The translations under genes were made by a program, and so were the position numbers. 49,321 nt of DNA from Deltaproteobacteria bacterium (lineage in GTDB: Bacteria; Myxococcota; UBA727; VGSZ01), in assembly GCA_031384945.1 (NCBI GenBank), contig JANNAY010000132.1, forward strand, positions 1 to 49,321, written 5' to 3'. The notes beneath the pieces were generated by a model, which was not told where the DNA came from, did not search any database, and worked only from the letters and a program-made list of their open reading frames with translations. Below, one piece after another: positions 40,032-49,180 of the stretch (position 1 is the stretch's first letter; each line of letters begins with the position of its first letter).

Positions 40032-40334
40032 TCAGGTCGCCTTCTTCGGCGCCGCCTTTTTCTCGGCGGGCTTCTTCTTCTTCGCCTTCTTCTTCTTCGC
40101 CGTCGCTTCGCCGAGCAGCGCGCGAAGGGCGCCGACCGAAGTCTTCAGGCCACCCTCGGTCAGCGTCTTGGCGATCTTCTCGAGGGTGTGCCCTTTCGCC
40201 TTCATGCCCTCGATGGCCGGCTTCAGCTGCGCCAACGCTTGCTGCTTCGTCAGGGCCTGCTCCTCCGGCGCCGGCGGCGGAACCTTCTTCAGCTTCTCCC
40301 CGAGGGTCTCGATGTCCTTCAGCGTAATGGCCAT
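40032..40334 (-). CDS. Small DNA-binding-like protein with a lysine-rich tail
   Basis: ATG at 40334. MAITLKDIETLGEKLKK...KGHTLEKIAKTLTEGGLKTSVGALRALL (HTH-like), then ATAKKKKAKKKKPAEKKAAPKKAT. Confidence 0.6.
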   Translation of the reverse strand: MAITLKDIETLGEKLKKVPPPAPEEQALTKQQALAQLKPAIEGMKAKGHTLEKIAKTLTEGGLKTSVGALRALLGEATAKKKKAKKKKPAEKKAAPKKAT

Positions 40335-40514
40335 GCTGCTCCTTTTGCGGTGGTCCGCCGCTTCTACCGAAGCGTCGAACCCCCACAACGGAGCACCCAA
40401 CCGGGATGTGAACCTGCGCACAGGCTCCGCCTGTTTGCTTCTCCGGAAGGATCTGCTGCAGTACCCTGCAGCAAACAGAGGGCGCGCCGTGCAGTCTGAC
40501 GACGTGAGATCGCA

Positions 40515-40755
40515 ATCCGAAGTCCGAGAAGAGCGGTCCCGTGGCACCCTTCCCGCTCCGTCTTTCTCCGGCTACGCCTCCGAAAGACTGCGTGGGAACA
40601 GGCCTCGAAGACTCGGGGGTGACACGGGACCAGCGACCGCCAAGCCGAAGACGGCTCAGCGGTCGAAAGCAGGAAGCCAAAACCGAAGCCCGAAGACGAA
40701 GCCGGAAGCCGAAATCCAAAGCCGCAGAAGAAATCCCGAAGCAGAAATCCCTGAT
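40515..40755. repeat. Cluster of short degenerate CGAAG(A/C)C-type repeats (iteron-like)
   Basis: CGAAAGAC at 40581, TCGAAGAC at 40605, CCGAAGAC at 40645, CCGAAGCC at 40683 and CGAAGACGAAGCC at 40691, plus further GAAGCC/CGAAG copies up to 40751. Confidence 0.5.
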
Positions 40756-40870
40756 GCTCGCTCATCGCCTACCGGCGTTGAGCTGCGCGAGGTCTCTTCG
40801 CCAAGGGCTCATCGTCCTCTGGCGCCGCGCATCCTGCGCGCGCCCGCCTCGCAACAGCTCGTCGCAACCG

Positions 40871-40950
40871 CCGCACGCCTTCGCCGTGCTCGCTACCGCT
40901 CGCAGCGCCACCGCACGACTCCGTCGTGCTCGCTACCGCTCGCAGCGGCG
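40871..40950. repeat. 40-bp tandem duplication (2 units) just upstream of the first replication-relaxation gene
   Basis: ccgcacgccttcgccgtgctcgctaccgctcgcagcg (40871-40907) against ccgcacgactccgtcgtgctcgctaccgctcgcagcg (40911-40947). The 23-bp core is identical. Confidence 0.8.
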
Positions 40951-40963
40951 GAGGCGTAGCGCG

Positions 40964-41860
40964 ATGCCCATCACGAAGGCGAAAGTCCAAGACCTCGAGC
41001 AGTCGCTGTCATCGGCCGCTGCGACATCTGGCGATGTCTCCGCAGCCGAGGACGGCGTCGCAGAAGAAGCCGAAGAAGAAGCGCCACGACGCCGCAAGGG
41101 GCTCGTGCCGCTCCTCGAGAGCGGCGACCTCGATCTTCTTCGGCTGCTCGCGGTCTGGCGCTTCGCTGGCCCGGTCGCACTCGGCGCGCTCGCATGGCCC
41201 ACTCGCACCCCTGCGGGGCGCGAATGGCGCATGCGCCGCCTGGTCGACTGCGGAATTCTCGGCCGCCGCCGCCTGCGTTTCGCGACCACGCGTCATGTCG
41301 TGTGGGCTCGAAGTCGGGCAACTCAGCTGGCGCTGAGTCCCCCGCCTCCGAACCCACTGGTGCCGCCGCGCTGGAACGAAGACGCCGCCCGTCACGGCTG
41401 GGTTCGAAGCGCCGTCATGGCCGCCTACCGGGCTGCAGGTTGGAACAGCGCCAAGCGAGAAGACCTCGAGCGGCTCCCCACCATCATCCACCTTCCCCCC
41501 GAGTACGCCGCGCGCGTTTTTTCGAAGACAGCTGCGCCGTCGTTTCCCTTCGAGATCTTTTTCAGAAAGAGGAGGACCACGGGAAAGTTCATCTTCCACA
41601 TCGTGGTTGTCGACGACCGTCAAACAGCGATTGACCGCATTCTCGACTTGCTGCCGGTGCAGGCGGATCGCTCCTCGCGCATCGCGGTGCGCTTCTTTCC
41701 TTGCGACGACTTCACGATCTGGTCGCCGAAAGAGAAGCGCTACGTCTTCGAGGAGGCGCGAGTGCTGCGGATGCACGAGAGCTTGAAGAATGCCGGCTTG
41801 CTCGACATCCCGCCGGAGAACGCCGGACCCGAGGTGACACCTTGGCGAAGCCTGAAGTGA
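40964..41860 (+). CDS. Replication-relaxation family-like protein (copy 1)
   Basis: ATG at 40964. DLDLLRLLAVWRFAGPVALGALAW......WRMRRLVDCGILGRR fits the family's winged-helix N-terminal pattern. Confidence 0.55.
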   Translation: MPITKAKVQDLEQSLSSAAATSGDVSAAEDGVAEEAEEEAPRRRKGLVPLLESGDLDLLRLLAVWRFAGPVALGALAWPTRTPAGREWRMRRLVDCGILGRRRLRFATTRHVVWARSRATQLALSPPPPNPLVPPRWNEDAARHGWVRSAVMAAYRAAGWNSAKREDLERLPTIIHLPPEYAARVFSKTAAPSFPFEIFFRKRRTTGKFIFHIVVVDDRQTAIDRILDLLPVQADRSSRIAVRFFPCDDFTIWSPKEKRYVFEEARVLRMHESLKNAGLLDIPPENAGPEVTPWRSLK

Positions 41861-41864
41861 TGCC

Positions 41865-42665
41865 GTGAGCAGAATGCGCCTTGGTGATCGAGAGCGCCCT
41901 GCCCCGGCGCCGCCAGAGCTTCCCGAGCGCTTGGAGCGTGCCGCGCTCGAGCGCGAGCGACGCCGCGTTGGGCTTGCCGGCATCTTTGTCGAGGGGTTTC
42001 AACCCCGCGACCGTCGCGAGCTGAATCCGATTCCGCTGACGGAGCGCGACGTCGCAGTCGTCTTCTTCTTGAGCACGGTGAATGCGGCGCCGGTAGACGT
42101 CCTCGCCGCGCGCTTCTTCTCCACCAACCCACAGAGCGGCAAGAAGAACACGAACCCCGAGCGTGCCGCCGTTCGCCGCCTCGATGAGCTCGCGCGCGCT
42201 GGTTACCTGCATGCGGCTTCGATTGCGCCGTCGCCATCGAAGGAGCCTGGCGGCCGGGTCTACATGCTCGGCGCGACGGGCGCGGCCGCAGTTGGTGTGC
42301 GCCTCACCGGCGTCACGCCGAAGCGGATGCACCATCACATCCAAACTCTGCGCACCGTCGATCAGCTGCGCGAAGAGCTGGAGAAGAACGGCCGCTTCAT
42401 CGCGAAGCTCGAGCTCGAGCGTGGAGAGATGGCGAGCCACGAACGCAACCTCGGGCGCCACGTCCCCGACGCCATCGTCACGGTCGACGACGGCTCCACC
42501 GTCGCCGTCGAATACGTCTCCACCGACTACACCGACAGGATGATCGCCGAGAAATGCGCCTACTTCGTCGAGCGCTACAGCCAGGTTCGCTGGTCGGCGA
42601 ATTCGGTGGCGACGCAGACGCGTGTGAGGCGCATGACCAACCAAGGCTGCTCGGTCATCGCGTGA
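41865..42665 (+). CDS. Replication-relaxation family protein (copy 2)
   Basis: LTERDVAVVFFLSTVNAAPVDVLAARFF...AVRRLDELARAGYLH...RVYMLGATGAAAVG matches the Replic_Relax pattern. Confidence 0.65.
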   Translation: MSRMRLGDRERPAPAPPELPERLERAALERERRRVGLAGIFVEGFQPRDRRELNPIPLTERDVAVVFFLSTVNAAPVDVLAARFFSTNPQSGKKNTNPERAAVRRLDELARAGYLHAASIAPSPSKEPGGRVYMLGATGAAAVGVRLTGVTPKRMHHHIQTLRTVDQLREELEKNGRFIAKLELERGEMASHERNLGRHVPDAIVTVDDGSTVAVEYVSTDYTDRMIAEKCAYFVERYSQVRWSANSVATQTRVRRMTNQGCSVIA

Positions 42666-42722
42666 GCGGGCTCGCCTGTGTCGAAGCGCCGGCGAGTCCA
42701 GCTCGTTCAGGCGACTCAATGA

Positions 42723-44114
42723 CTATTGTACGCATTCTGGTGTCACCTCGACGGCGACGCTGTCGATCAGCCAGTCGCCGACCGTATCGCAACTCTCGTC
42801 GCGCGCCGTTGCGCGAAACAAGATTGACGCGAGTTCATTCGCTCTTCCCTGAGGAAGACAAAAAGTCGCCGTTGTTAATGTTGCGCTCGCCGGTACCTCG
42901 ACGAAGAAGTCATCTTGCGGCGTCTGAATCGTGGCCAAGGGTTCCGAATCGAGCTGGTAGCGGATCGTCAGCGCTGCCCCTGCGAGATCAGAAGAAGCCG
43001 GCACGCTGATGTCAGTTTGCAGTTCGGACCGTGTGCAATCCGCTCGCGCTTCCAAGCGAACGATGCCCGCCGTCTCGGAAACGAACCCGCGGTGACGCCA
43101 TGACTCCAGACCCGATGAAAAGTCTCCATTCGCTAAGACGGCCTCTGCGTCACAAGATGGATCGTCGACGACGATGGGAGCCGTGAAGGTCACCGACCTG
43201 TCCACCGGCTGACAGTCATCAGATCGAAAGTCGACATCGACACCGACGGTCACGCCGACCAAAGCTCGTGGAACGCAAACGCGGTTTCGCCCAACGGCCA
43301 GTGGGAACCGTCGCTGACCGAGCCTGACTTCCAGCGTGGCGGCTCCGAGCGGCTCCCCTGCTACGTCCATCACGAGCGCGCTTCTCTCGTGGTTCGGAAG
43401 ACCAATCGTTGCGGCGGGTGGTCCAGCAGCTGACACGAAGCCGCAGCCCGTCAATTGAAACGTGCCTTCGTGTTCGCTCAAAGAGGCGGTGCCACCGTCT
43501 GCATTTGCCGTCCACGCTGAGAACGGGACCATTGTGCCTGGGGCTGGGCATGACGGGTCCTCGATCAGCCTCACATCGGCGACTGACACCTCGTCGTCGT
43601 CCAAGAGTCCGACGCCGCGAGGGCGAATCTCGACAACCGACTCCTCGCCGAATGCACGAGCGCCCAAGCACGCCACGCGCACCTGGCTGGCGTCCAGCGC
43701 GGTGTCGTTGATCAGAATCGCAGAGTCGTTGAACGGACCAACGATTCGATCGCCTGTCACATGAAGCTGAAGGTCAACAGCCAACGGAACGAAGCAAGGA
43801 GGGAGCGTCGCAGGTGTTGAGAGCAATGCTTGTTGCGCTCGGACGGCGGGGATTTGGAAGCTGGCTGAGAGTCGTGGCCCGACGCCGAGTGCGCCACCGC
43901 GGATCGTCCAGGCATCCGTGGTCGCGCCGAAGTCGATGACGTCGACGGCTCCGGGACAGGCAGTGATGCCAGGATCGACGGCGCGAAGTCTCGCTTCTCC
44001 CGTGCTCCACTGCTCGAGGTCGGAATGAGGCGGGTCGGCGGGCTTCAGTTGCAACGGCTCGACACCATCGCAAGCCGCTACGACGAGCACGATGACGAGG
44101 AGGTAAGAGCGCAC
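42723..44114 (-). CDS. Hypothetical lipoprotein (463 aa) with a possible C-terminal carbohydrate-binding-like jelly-roll
   Basis: Lipobox LVVAAC. ANGDFSSGLESW resembles the start of CBM4/9-type domains. Lower-GC codon usage. Confidence 0.6.
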   Translation of the reverse strand: MRSYLLVIVLVVAACDGVEPLQLKPADPPHSDLEQWSTGEARLRAVDPGITACPGAVDVIDFGATTDAWTIRGGALGVGPRLSASFQIPAVRAQQALLSTPATLPPCFVPLAVDLQLHVTGDRIVGPFNDSAILINDTALDASQVRVACLGARAFGEESVVEIRPRGVGLLDDDEVSVADVRLIEDPSCPAPGTMVPFSAWTANADGGTASLSEHEGTFQLTGCGFVSAAGPPAATIGLPNHERSALVMDVAGEPLGAATLEVRLGQRRFPLAVGRNRVCVPRALVGVTVGVDVDFRSDDCQPVDRSVTFTAPIVVDDPSCDAEAVLANGDFSSGLESWRHRGFVSETAGIVRLEARADCTRSELQTDISVPASSDLAGAALTIRYQLDSEPLATIQTPQDDFFVEVPASATLTTATFCLPQGRANELASILFRATARDESCDTVGDWLIDSVAVEVTPECVQ

Positions 44115-44470
44115 GCTTCAAAGCCTAGACGCGCGGGTTGGCCGTCGCCAACGCGATCTGTCCTCGTGAGTTCCCAGCACCATTGGCGTGAACCACGATC
44201 GAGGTGGTGAGCACCGCATTTATGCTGGACCGACGACGCCGAGCACACCGTATAATGGTATTACGATATGATCGACCGCCGCCGAAGTCACCTCGCCGAA
44301 GTGCACTCCGGCAAATCACATAGGCGGAGATTTGCTCGGAAATGCTGGGGTCTACCTCTGATCCACCCCGAATCTGGGGCCGCGGCCTCCTCAAATGGAG
44401 GGGTTCAATGGCCATAGATTGCGCGCATGTAACCCACTGTGAGACCGTTCGGTCGGGCGGGGTTGGTCAC

Positions 44471-45322
44471 ATGGCGAGCTTGTTCGCGCGCAGCTGTGCG
44501 CTTGCGCTTCTAGCGTTGGGCGCTGGCTGCAATGGCTGCGACGCAGTGGTGCTTTCCGGCGATGATGCTGGCTGCGTTGATTGCGACGCAGGTGTGGACA
44601 CGCGGGACGCCGGCGTTGATGCCGACGCCGGATTTCCTGACGAGGAGGACGCAGGCTTCCCTGATGCTGGGCCGAGATGCGAGCTGCTTCCGCTCCCGCC
44701 GCCAGTGCCGTGGGATTGCGAAGACGACGTCGACTGGTGCGATGCAGAAGGCGATTGGCCGCCGAGCGAGTTCGCCCCCATCCCAACCGCAGACCTCCGA
44801 GCGGTCTGGAGCAGGGTAGAGGGAGCCGACTTCGTCATTGAGGCCCGCTACGCCAACCTTCCGTTCCGCGCGCCAGCTGCTCAAGTCATTCAGGTTGTTT
44901 TTCAGAATGCGCCCATCGCTCGTGATGGGCCCGCAGATTTGACTGAGCGACCAGGTGCACCGACCTTCCACGGCAACGCAATGCTCGCGTTTGGCCAGCC
45001 GCCATTTCTACCTGTGAACTATATTTTTCCGCCCCAAGATGGGGGAGGAAATGAAAACCTCGACTTCGATGTCTGCAATGTGTTTCTGTCGCTTGATGAC
45101 CCGTTGATTCAAGTGCGAGTACCGGCAGACAATGTAATTTCTAGCTCGGGAGAAATACTCTACGGGCTGATGTCGCTCGCCGATCCCACAGGCACCGTTT
45201 ATGAGGTGACTTGGAACGGGAGCCCACAACCAATCACGCCATCGGGCGGGAGCGCAGACACGGAAAATGGTTGGTTCAGTGTCTGTGATTTAACGTGTGA
45301 AGACGGAGGGAGATTGAGATGA
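44471..45322 (+). CDS. Hypothetical lipoprotein (283 aa)
   Basis: Lipobox LALGAGC and an acidic Cys-containing N-terminal region. The stop overlaps the FG-GAP gene start. Confidence 0.6.
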   Translation: MASLFARSCALALLALGAGCNGCDAVVLSGDDAGCVDCDAGVDTRDAGVDADAGFPDEEDAGFPDAGPRCELLPLPPPVPWDCEDDVDWCDAEGDWPPSEFAPIPTADLRAVWSRVEGADFVIEARYANLPFRAPAAQVIQVVFQNAPIARDGPADLTERPGAPTFHGNAMLAFGQPPFLPVNYIFPPQDGGGNENLDFDVCNVFLSLDDPLIQVRVPADNVISSSGEILYGLMSLADPTGTVYEVTWNGSPQPITPSGGSADTENGWFSVCDLTCEDGGRLR

Positions 45323-48300
45323 GAGTAGCCATTGGTGTAGTGAGTGGGTTTCTGCTGTCGGGGTCAACAGCATTGGCGCAAGAACAGGACAACGCCTCGG
45401 GTCAGGCGACCCCGTCGATTGCGGACGTGGTTCAAGATTTGGAACACGATGGTTCTTTCGTCGTCGATCCGATCGACGGCGTCGAGAAGGCGCATCTCGT
45501 GAATCGCGAGTCTGAGCTGCGCACATACGTCGCCGAGGACGGCGCGTTTACGTTGGTGAATCGCCTGGATACAAACATCCGGGTCGAATTGCATCTCGAT
45601 GGCGAGGAAACGGTAGCCGCCACGATTGGCGACGACCAGCTTTCTCAAGAGGGCACGACGACGACCCAGATGTGGCTCAACAGCGGCATCGGTATCGAAC
45701 ACGTCATCACGCTCCACACTGTAGAGTTGGATGAAAATCGTGTTGCACACGTTTCGCTGCGCGTCAGCGGAATGACGGTCGCTCGCACGGCCGAAGATGC
45801 GGCTAGCTTTATCGACAGCAGCGGCGCCGTGCGATTCATCTATAAAAATTTGTATGTGTTCGACGGGAATCAGCGCCAGCAAGCAGCGATCTTCGACACG
45901 CCAGCTGATGATGTCTTGAATATTGACGTCTTCATGGACGACGACGCGGTGCTGCCCTTGACCATCGATCCACTTGCGACAACGGCGTCAACGCCGATCT
46001 CAGGGACCGCCCTCTCAAGATTCGGCGCTTCGATGGCAGTCGGCGATTTGAACGGCGATGGGTTCAACGATCTCGCCGTGGGATCGCCAGCCTTCGACAA
46101 CGGCGCCACCGATACGGGCAGAGTCGTTGTCTTTGGCGGCAGCGCGAGCGGCCTCGTGACCAGCTCAACCATTGCGACCTTCGATCCGACGAGCGCGAAC
46201 TTTCTTTGCGGCGAGTCCGTCGGGTTCGGCGATTTTGACCACGACTCCGACTTGGACGTCGTCTTCGGTTGCGTCGGCGAATCCGGGAACGAGGGTCGTC
46301 TCCGTGTTCACTTCAACACGTCGATGTCGTTCAACACGACGCCGGACAAAACGCTGCGCGATCCTTCTTCGACCTCTTCGACCAAATTCGGGCGGAGCAG
46401 AAACGTCGGAATCGGCGACATCAACGGCGACACGTTCGCTGACATCGTCACGTTCGGCCCGAGCGGCTTGCAGGTCTTTGACCTGAGTGACGGCTCGAAT
46501 TTGGCGGACACGACGTTGGGCTTGAGCGGGCTCGGGTTGGGCACGCCGATGGGCATGGGTCTGTTGCGGAACTTTAACGGGGACGCGGCAACTGACGTCG
46601 CAGTCTTCTTTGCCGAAACCAACCTGCGCATCTTCACAGGCAAGACCAGTGGCGCTTTCTTGTCGACCGCAAACTTTGTGAACAAGACAGTTACTGATAT
46701 TTCAACTCCCGTCTCTTCGTTCATCATTACTGTCACCATTGTCGGTGGAGATTACGACGGCGATGGCGACACAGATGTTGCGCTCGGACGTGTTCTGGGT
46801 GATGGCGATGTCGACGGCGGACGCGTCGATATCTTCGACAACTCCAGCACGACGCTGACATCAAATGCCAATTCGCCGGTCACAGGCACGAACGGCAGTG
46901 GCGGTCTTAGTGGAACGGGCTTTTTCATTGGTGACGGCCTCGGCGGGAACATGGCGATGGTTGACCTCAACGATGACGGGCACGACGAGCTCATTTTGTG
47001 CTCGCCAGGTTTCGGCGACGCCGTGAATTCGCCGATCGACAGCGAAGGAAAGTGCGAAGTCTTCCGCGGCGGTCCGACCAGCAAGTTCAGCGGCGGCTTG
47101 GATCCCGTCGTTATGCTGACCGCGCTCGGCAGCGCCGCGTCGCCCATCGGTGGAACCGCTCCAATCGGCGGCGACTTTTCGAACGAGCGGTCTCGCGATC
47201 TTCTGCTTGGTCGTCAAACTGGCGCGACGATTGACGTCTTCAACGGCACGCGCGCTGGTCTCTCGACAACAAACTTCGTGTTCGACGATTCCGGCGACAA
47301 TTTTGCGGCTCTTGGCACGTTCATGCTCGTCGATCGCGTCGACAACGACACGAAGATGGATCTGCTGGTTGGCGCGCCCTCCTTCGACGGCGGTGCTGCG
47401 GCTTCAGGCGCAGTCTTCGGCTATCTCGGAGCGACATCGATGAGCTCGACTCCTTCGTGGACTCAGCTTGGCACCCAAGCGGGTGAGCATTTCGGTTCCG
47501 CGATTGCCGTGGGTCGATTCCGCGGCGACGGGCTTGCTCGCTCGATCGTCATCGGTGCGCCGGATTTCGACTCGACTGGGCTCACGGACAACGGTCAGAT
47601 TCGCATCTACACCGCAACAACGACGGATTTTCCCGCGGACAACGTCGCGACATCACAGACGCCGTTTGGCGGCCAGTTTTCTGGAGATCATTTCGGTGCT
47701 TCATTGGCCAACACTGGTTATATGATCACGACGACTGGTGATAGCTTGGCGGTTGGCGCGCCAGGAACAACGTCGGGTGGTTATGTCGTTCTTTACAAAC
47801 CGAACACATCGACGAACGTGGTTCAGTTCCATGCGACGTTGACCGGCACGACGAACGGCTGCAGCGGAGCCTACGGCAAATTTGTCGCCAACGCTGGCAA
47901 CGTCGATGGCCTGAACCAGACCGACCTTCTGGTGAGCGCACCCGACTGCAACAGTGGCTCAAGCAACGAGGGTAAAGTATTCCTTTATTTCTCGGCATCT
48001 GGTGGTGGTACACCTACGACACCCGCTGGTTTCACAACGGAGGGCAACCAAGTTGATGCCCACTTGGGACCGGTTGCGGGTATTGGTGACTTCAACGACG
48101 ATGGCATCGATGACTTTGCCGTTGGCGCACCGGGGTTCACAAACGGTGCGGTTGTAAATGCTGGCTACTTGCGCGTCTTTAAGGGTGTTAGTGGTGGCAC
48201 GCCAGTCAGCGTAATTTGGCCGACGACAGCCTTCGCTGGCCACTGCGGATCGAGCATCACTCAAGGTCACGCGGTGGGTGGTGGCACCTTCATCGGAAAT

Positions 48301-48591
48301 GACTTCAATCTCGACGGCATCGATGACGTCGCTGAGGGTGAGCCGACCTTCTCTGACAGCGTGGGCACGCCTGACGAAGGTCGGCTGCGTGTGTTCTTCG
48401 GTGCGAAGACTCCGGATTCGTCGCCGGACTTCACGCTCGAAGGAGGGGCCTCGAACCACAAGCTCGGGACGGGCATCGCTGCCGGCGAGATGAACGGGGA
48501 CCAACAAGGGGATCTGGCTTTCGGTAGACCAGGATTCACCGGTACCCAGTCTGGCGAAGGCCGATTCGAAGTCTTTATTGGTCGCTGGTAG
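45319..48591 (+). CDS. FG-GAP (integrin-alpha-like) repeat protein, 1090 aa
   Basis: Signal peptide. There are at least 10 repeats of the type FG.S.A.GD.NGDG..D...G.P, for example GDLNGDGFNDLAVGSP, GDINGDTFADIV, DYDGDGDTDVALG, GDFNDDGIDDFAVGAPGF and GEMNGDQQGDLAFGRPGF. Confidence 0.85.
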   Translation: MRVAIGVVSGFLLSGSTALAQEQDNASGQATPSIADVVQDLEHDGSFVVDPIDGVEKAHLVNRESELRTYVAEDGAFTLVNRLDTNIRVELHLDGEETVAATIGDDQLSQEGTTTTQMWLNSGIGIEHVITLHTVELDENRVAHVSLRVSGMTVARTAEDAASFIDSSGAVRFIYKNLYVFDGNQRQQAAIFDTPADDVLNIDVFMDDDAVLPLTIDPLATTASTPISGTALSRFGASMAVGDLNGDGFNDLAVGSPAFDNGATDTGRVVVFGGSASGLVTSSTIATFDPTSANFLCGESVGFGDFDHDSDLDVVFGCVGESGNEGRLRVHFNTSMSFNTTPDKTLRDPSSTSSTKFGRSRNVGIGDINGDTFADIVTFGPSGLQVFDLSDGSNLADTTLGLSGLGLGTPMGMGLLRNFNGDAATDVAVFFAETNLRIFTGKTSGAFLSTANFVNKTVTDISTPVSSFIITVTIVGGDYDGDGDTDVALGRVLGDGDVDGGRVDIFDNSSTTLTSNANSPVTGTNGSGGLSGTGFFIGDGLGGNMAMVDLNDDGHDELILCSPGFGDAVNSPIDSEGKCEVFRGGPTSKFSGGLDPVVMLTALGSAASPIGGTAPIGGDFSNERSRDLLLGRQTGATIDVFNGTRAGLSTTNFVFDDSGDNFAALGTFMLVDRVDNDTKMDLLVGAPSFDGGAAASGAVFGYLGATSMSSTPSWTQLGTQAGEHFGSAIAVGRFRGDGLARSIVIGAPDFDSTGLTDNGQIRIYTATTTDFPADNVATSQTPFGGQFSGDHFGASLANTGYMITTTGDSLAVGAPGTTSGGYVVLYKPNTSTNVVQFHATLTGTTNGCSGAYGKFVANAGNVDGLNQTDLLVSAPDCNSGSSNEGKVFLYFSASGGGTPTTPAGFTTEGNQVDAHLGPVAGIGDFNDDGIDDFAVGAPGFTNGAVVNAGYLRVFKGVSGGTPVSVIWPTTAFAGHCGSSITQGHAVGGGTFIGNDFNLDGIDDVAEGEPTFSDSVGTPDEGRLRVFFGAKTPDSSPDFTLEGGASNHKLGTGIAAGEMNGDQQGDLAFGRPGFTGTQSGEGRFEVFIGRW

Positions 48592-48613
48592 CGCCTGTCA
48601 CAACCGCGAGATG

Positions 48614-48645
48614 GAATGGCGCCGCAAGGCGCCATTCTTTTTTTT
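48614..48645 (+). terminator. Rho-independent terminator of the FG-GAP gene
   Basis: 10-bp perfect stem GAATGGCGCC-gcaa-GGCGCCATTC followed by T8, 23 bp after the stop. Confidence 0.85.
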
Positions 48646-48701
48646 CGGCACGTTGCGGGATTCGCCCCAGTTCAGAGGTTGACGGCGAGGACGACCGCGT
48701 G

Positions 48702-48803
<102 letters not shown>

Positions 48804-49048
48804 GCCACGAGGTCGCCGACGTCGCCGTCACGTCGAGCAAGGACGCGCCGCGCCGGGATGGGCGTGAGGCGCTGCTGTCGAAACCCTTTGCCGCGGGCCT
48901 TGACAGCGCCCTTGTCGTGCGCGGTGCGCGGTCACGCGAAGCACGCCTCGAAACGGTGATGCGTAGCGAGCGCAGGAAGCGCAGCTGAGGTTGGCGCCGA
49001 TGTCGACGAGCTGCATGGCGCCGTCGACGAGAATGCCAGGCCGTCGAT

Positions 49049-49180
49049 TCACGGCAGTCGCACAGCAGCGGCGACAGCGCCGGCGACGCCGGCGAGGACG
49101 TCAGGGTCGCCGACGGCGTCGTCGTCATCGTCCAACAACGCGGGGCGGAGCGGCTCACGGTCTTCAGGCTCGAGGAGCGC
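49049..49180 (-). pseudogene. 3' fragment of an ORF whose 5' part is cut off by the right IS end
   Basis: The minus frame is open from the IS junction and reads ALLEPEDREPLRPALLDDDDDAVGDPDVLAGVAGAVAAAVRLP*. There is no start codon inside the window. Confidence 0.45.

Noticed and set aside
39754-40959. 401-aa plus-strand ORF and the 439-aa ORF 40541..41860 upstream extension, which span the repeat-rich region.
   Set aside because: Their composition is Arg/Ser/Pro/Ala-rich low complexity. They overlap the convincing minus-strand Lys-tailed gene. The replication-relaxation homology only begins after the ATG at 40964.
44251-44256. Perfect TATAAT hexamer in the AT-richer spacer upstream of the lipoprotein/FG-GAP genes.
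   Set aside because: There is no convincing -35 element at 16-19 bp, and it lies 215 bp from the start codon. A single hexamer is insufficient evidence for a promoter call.
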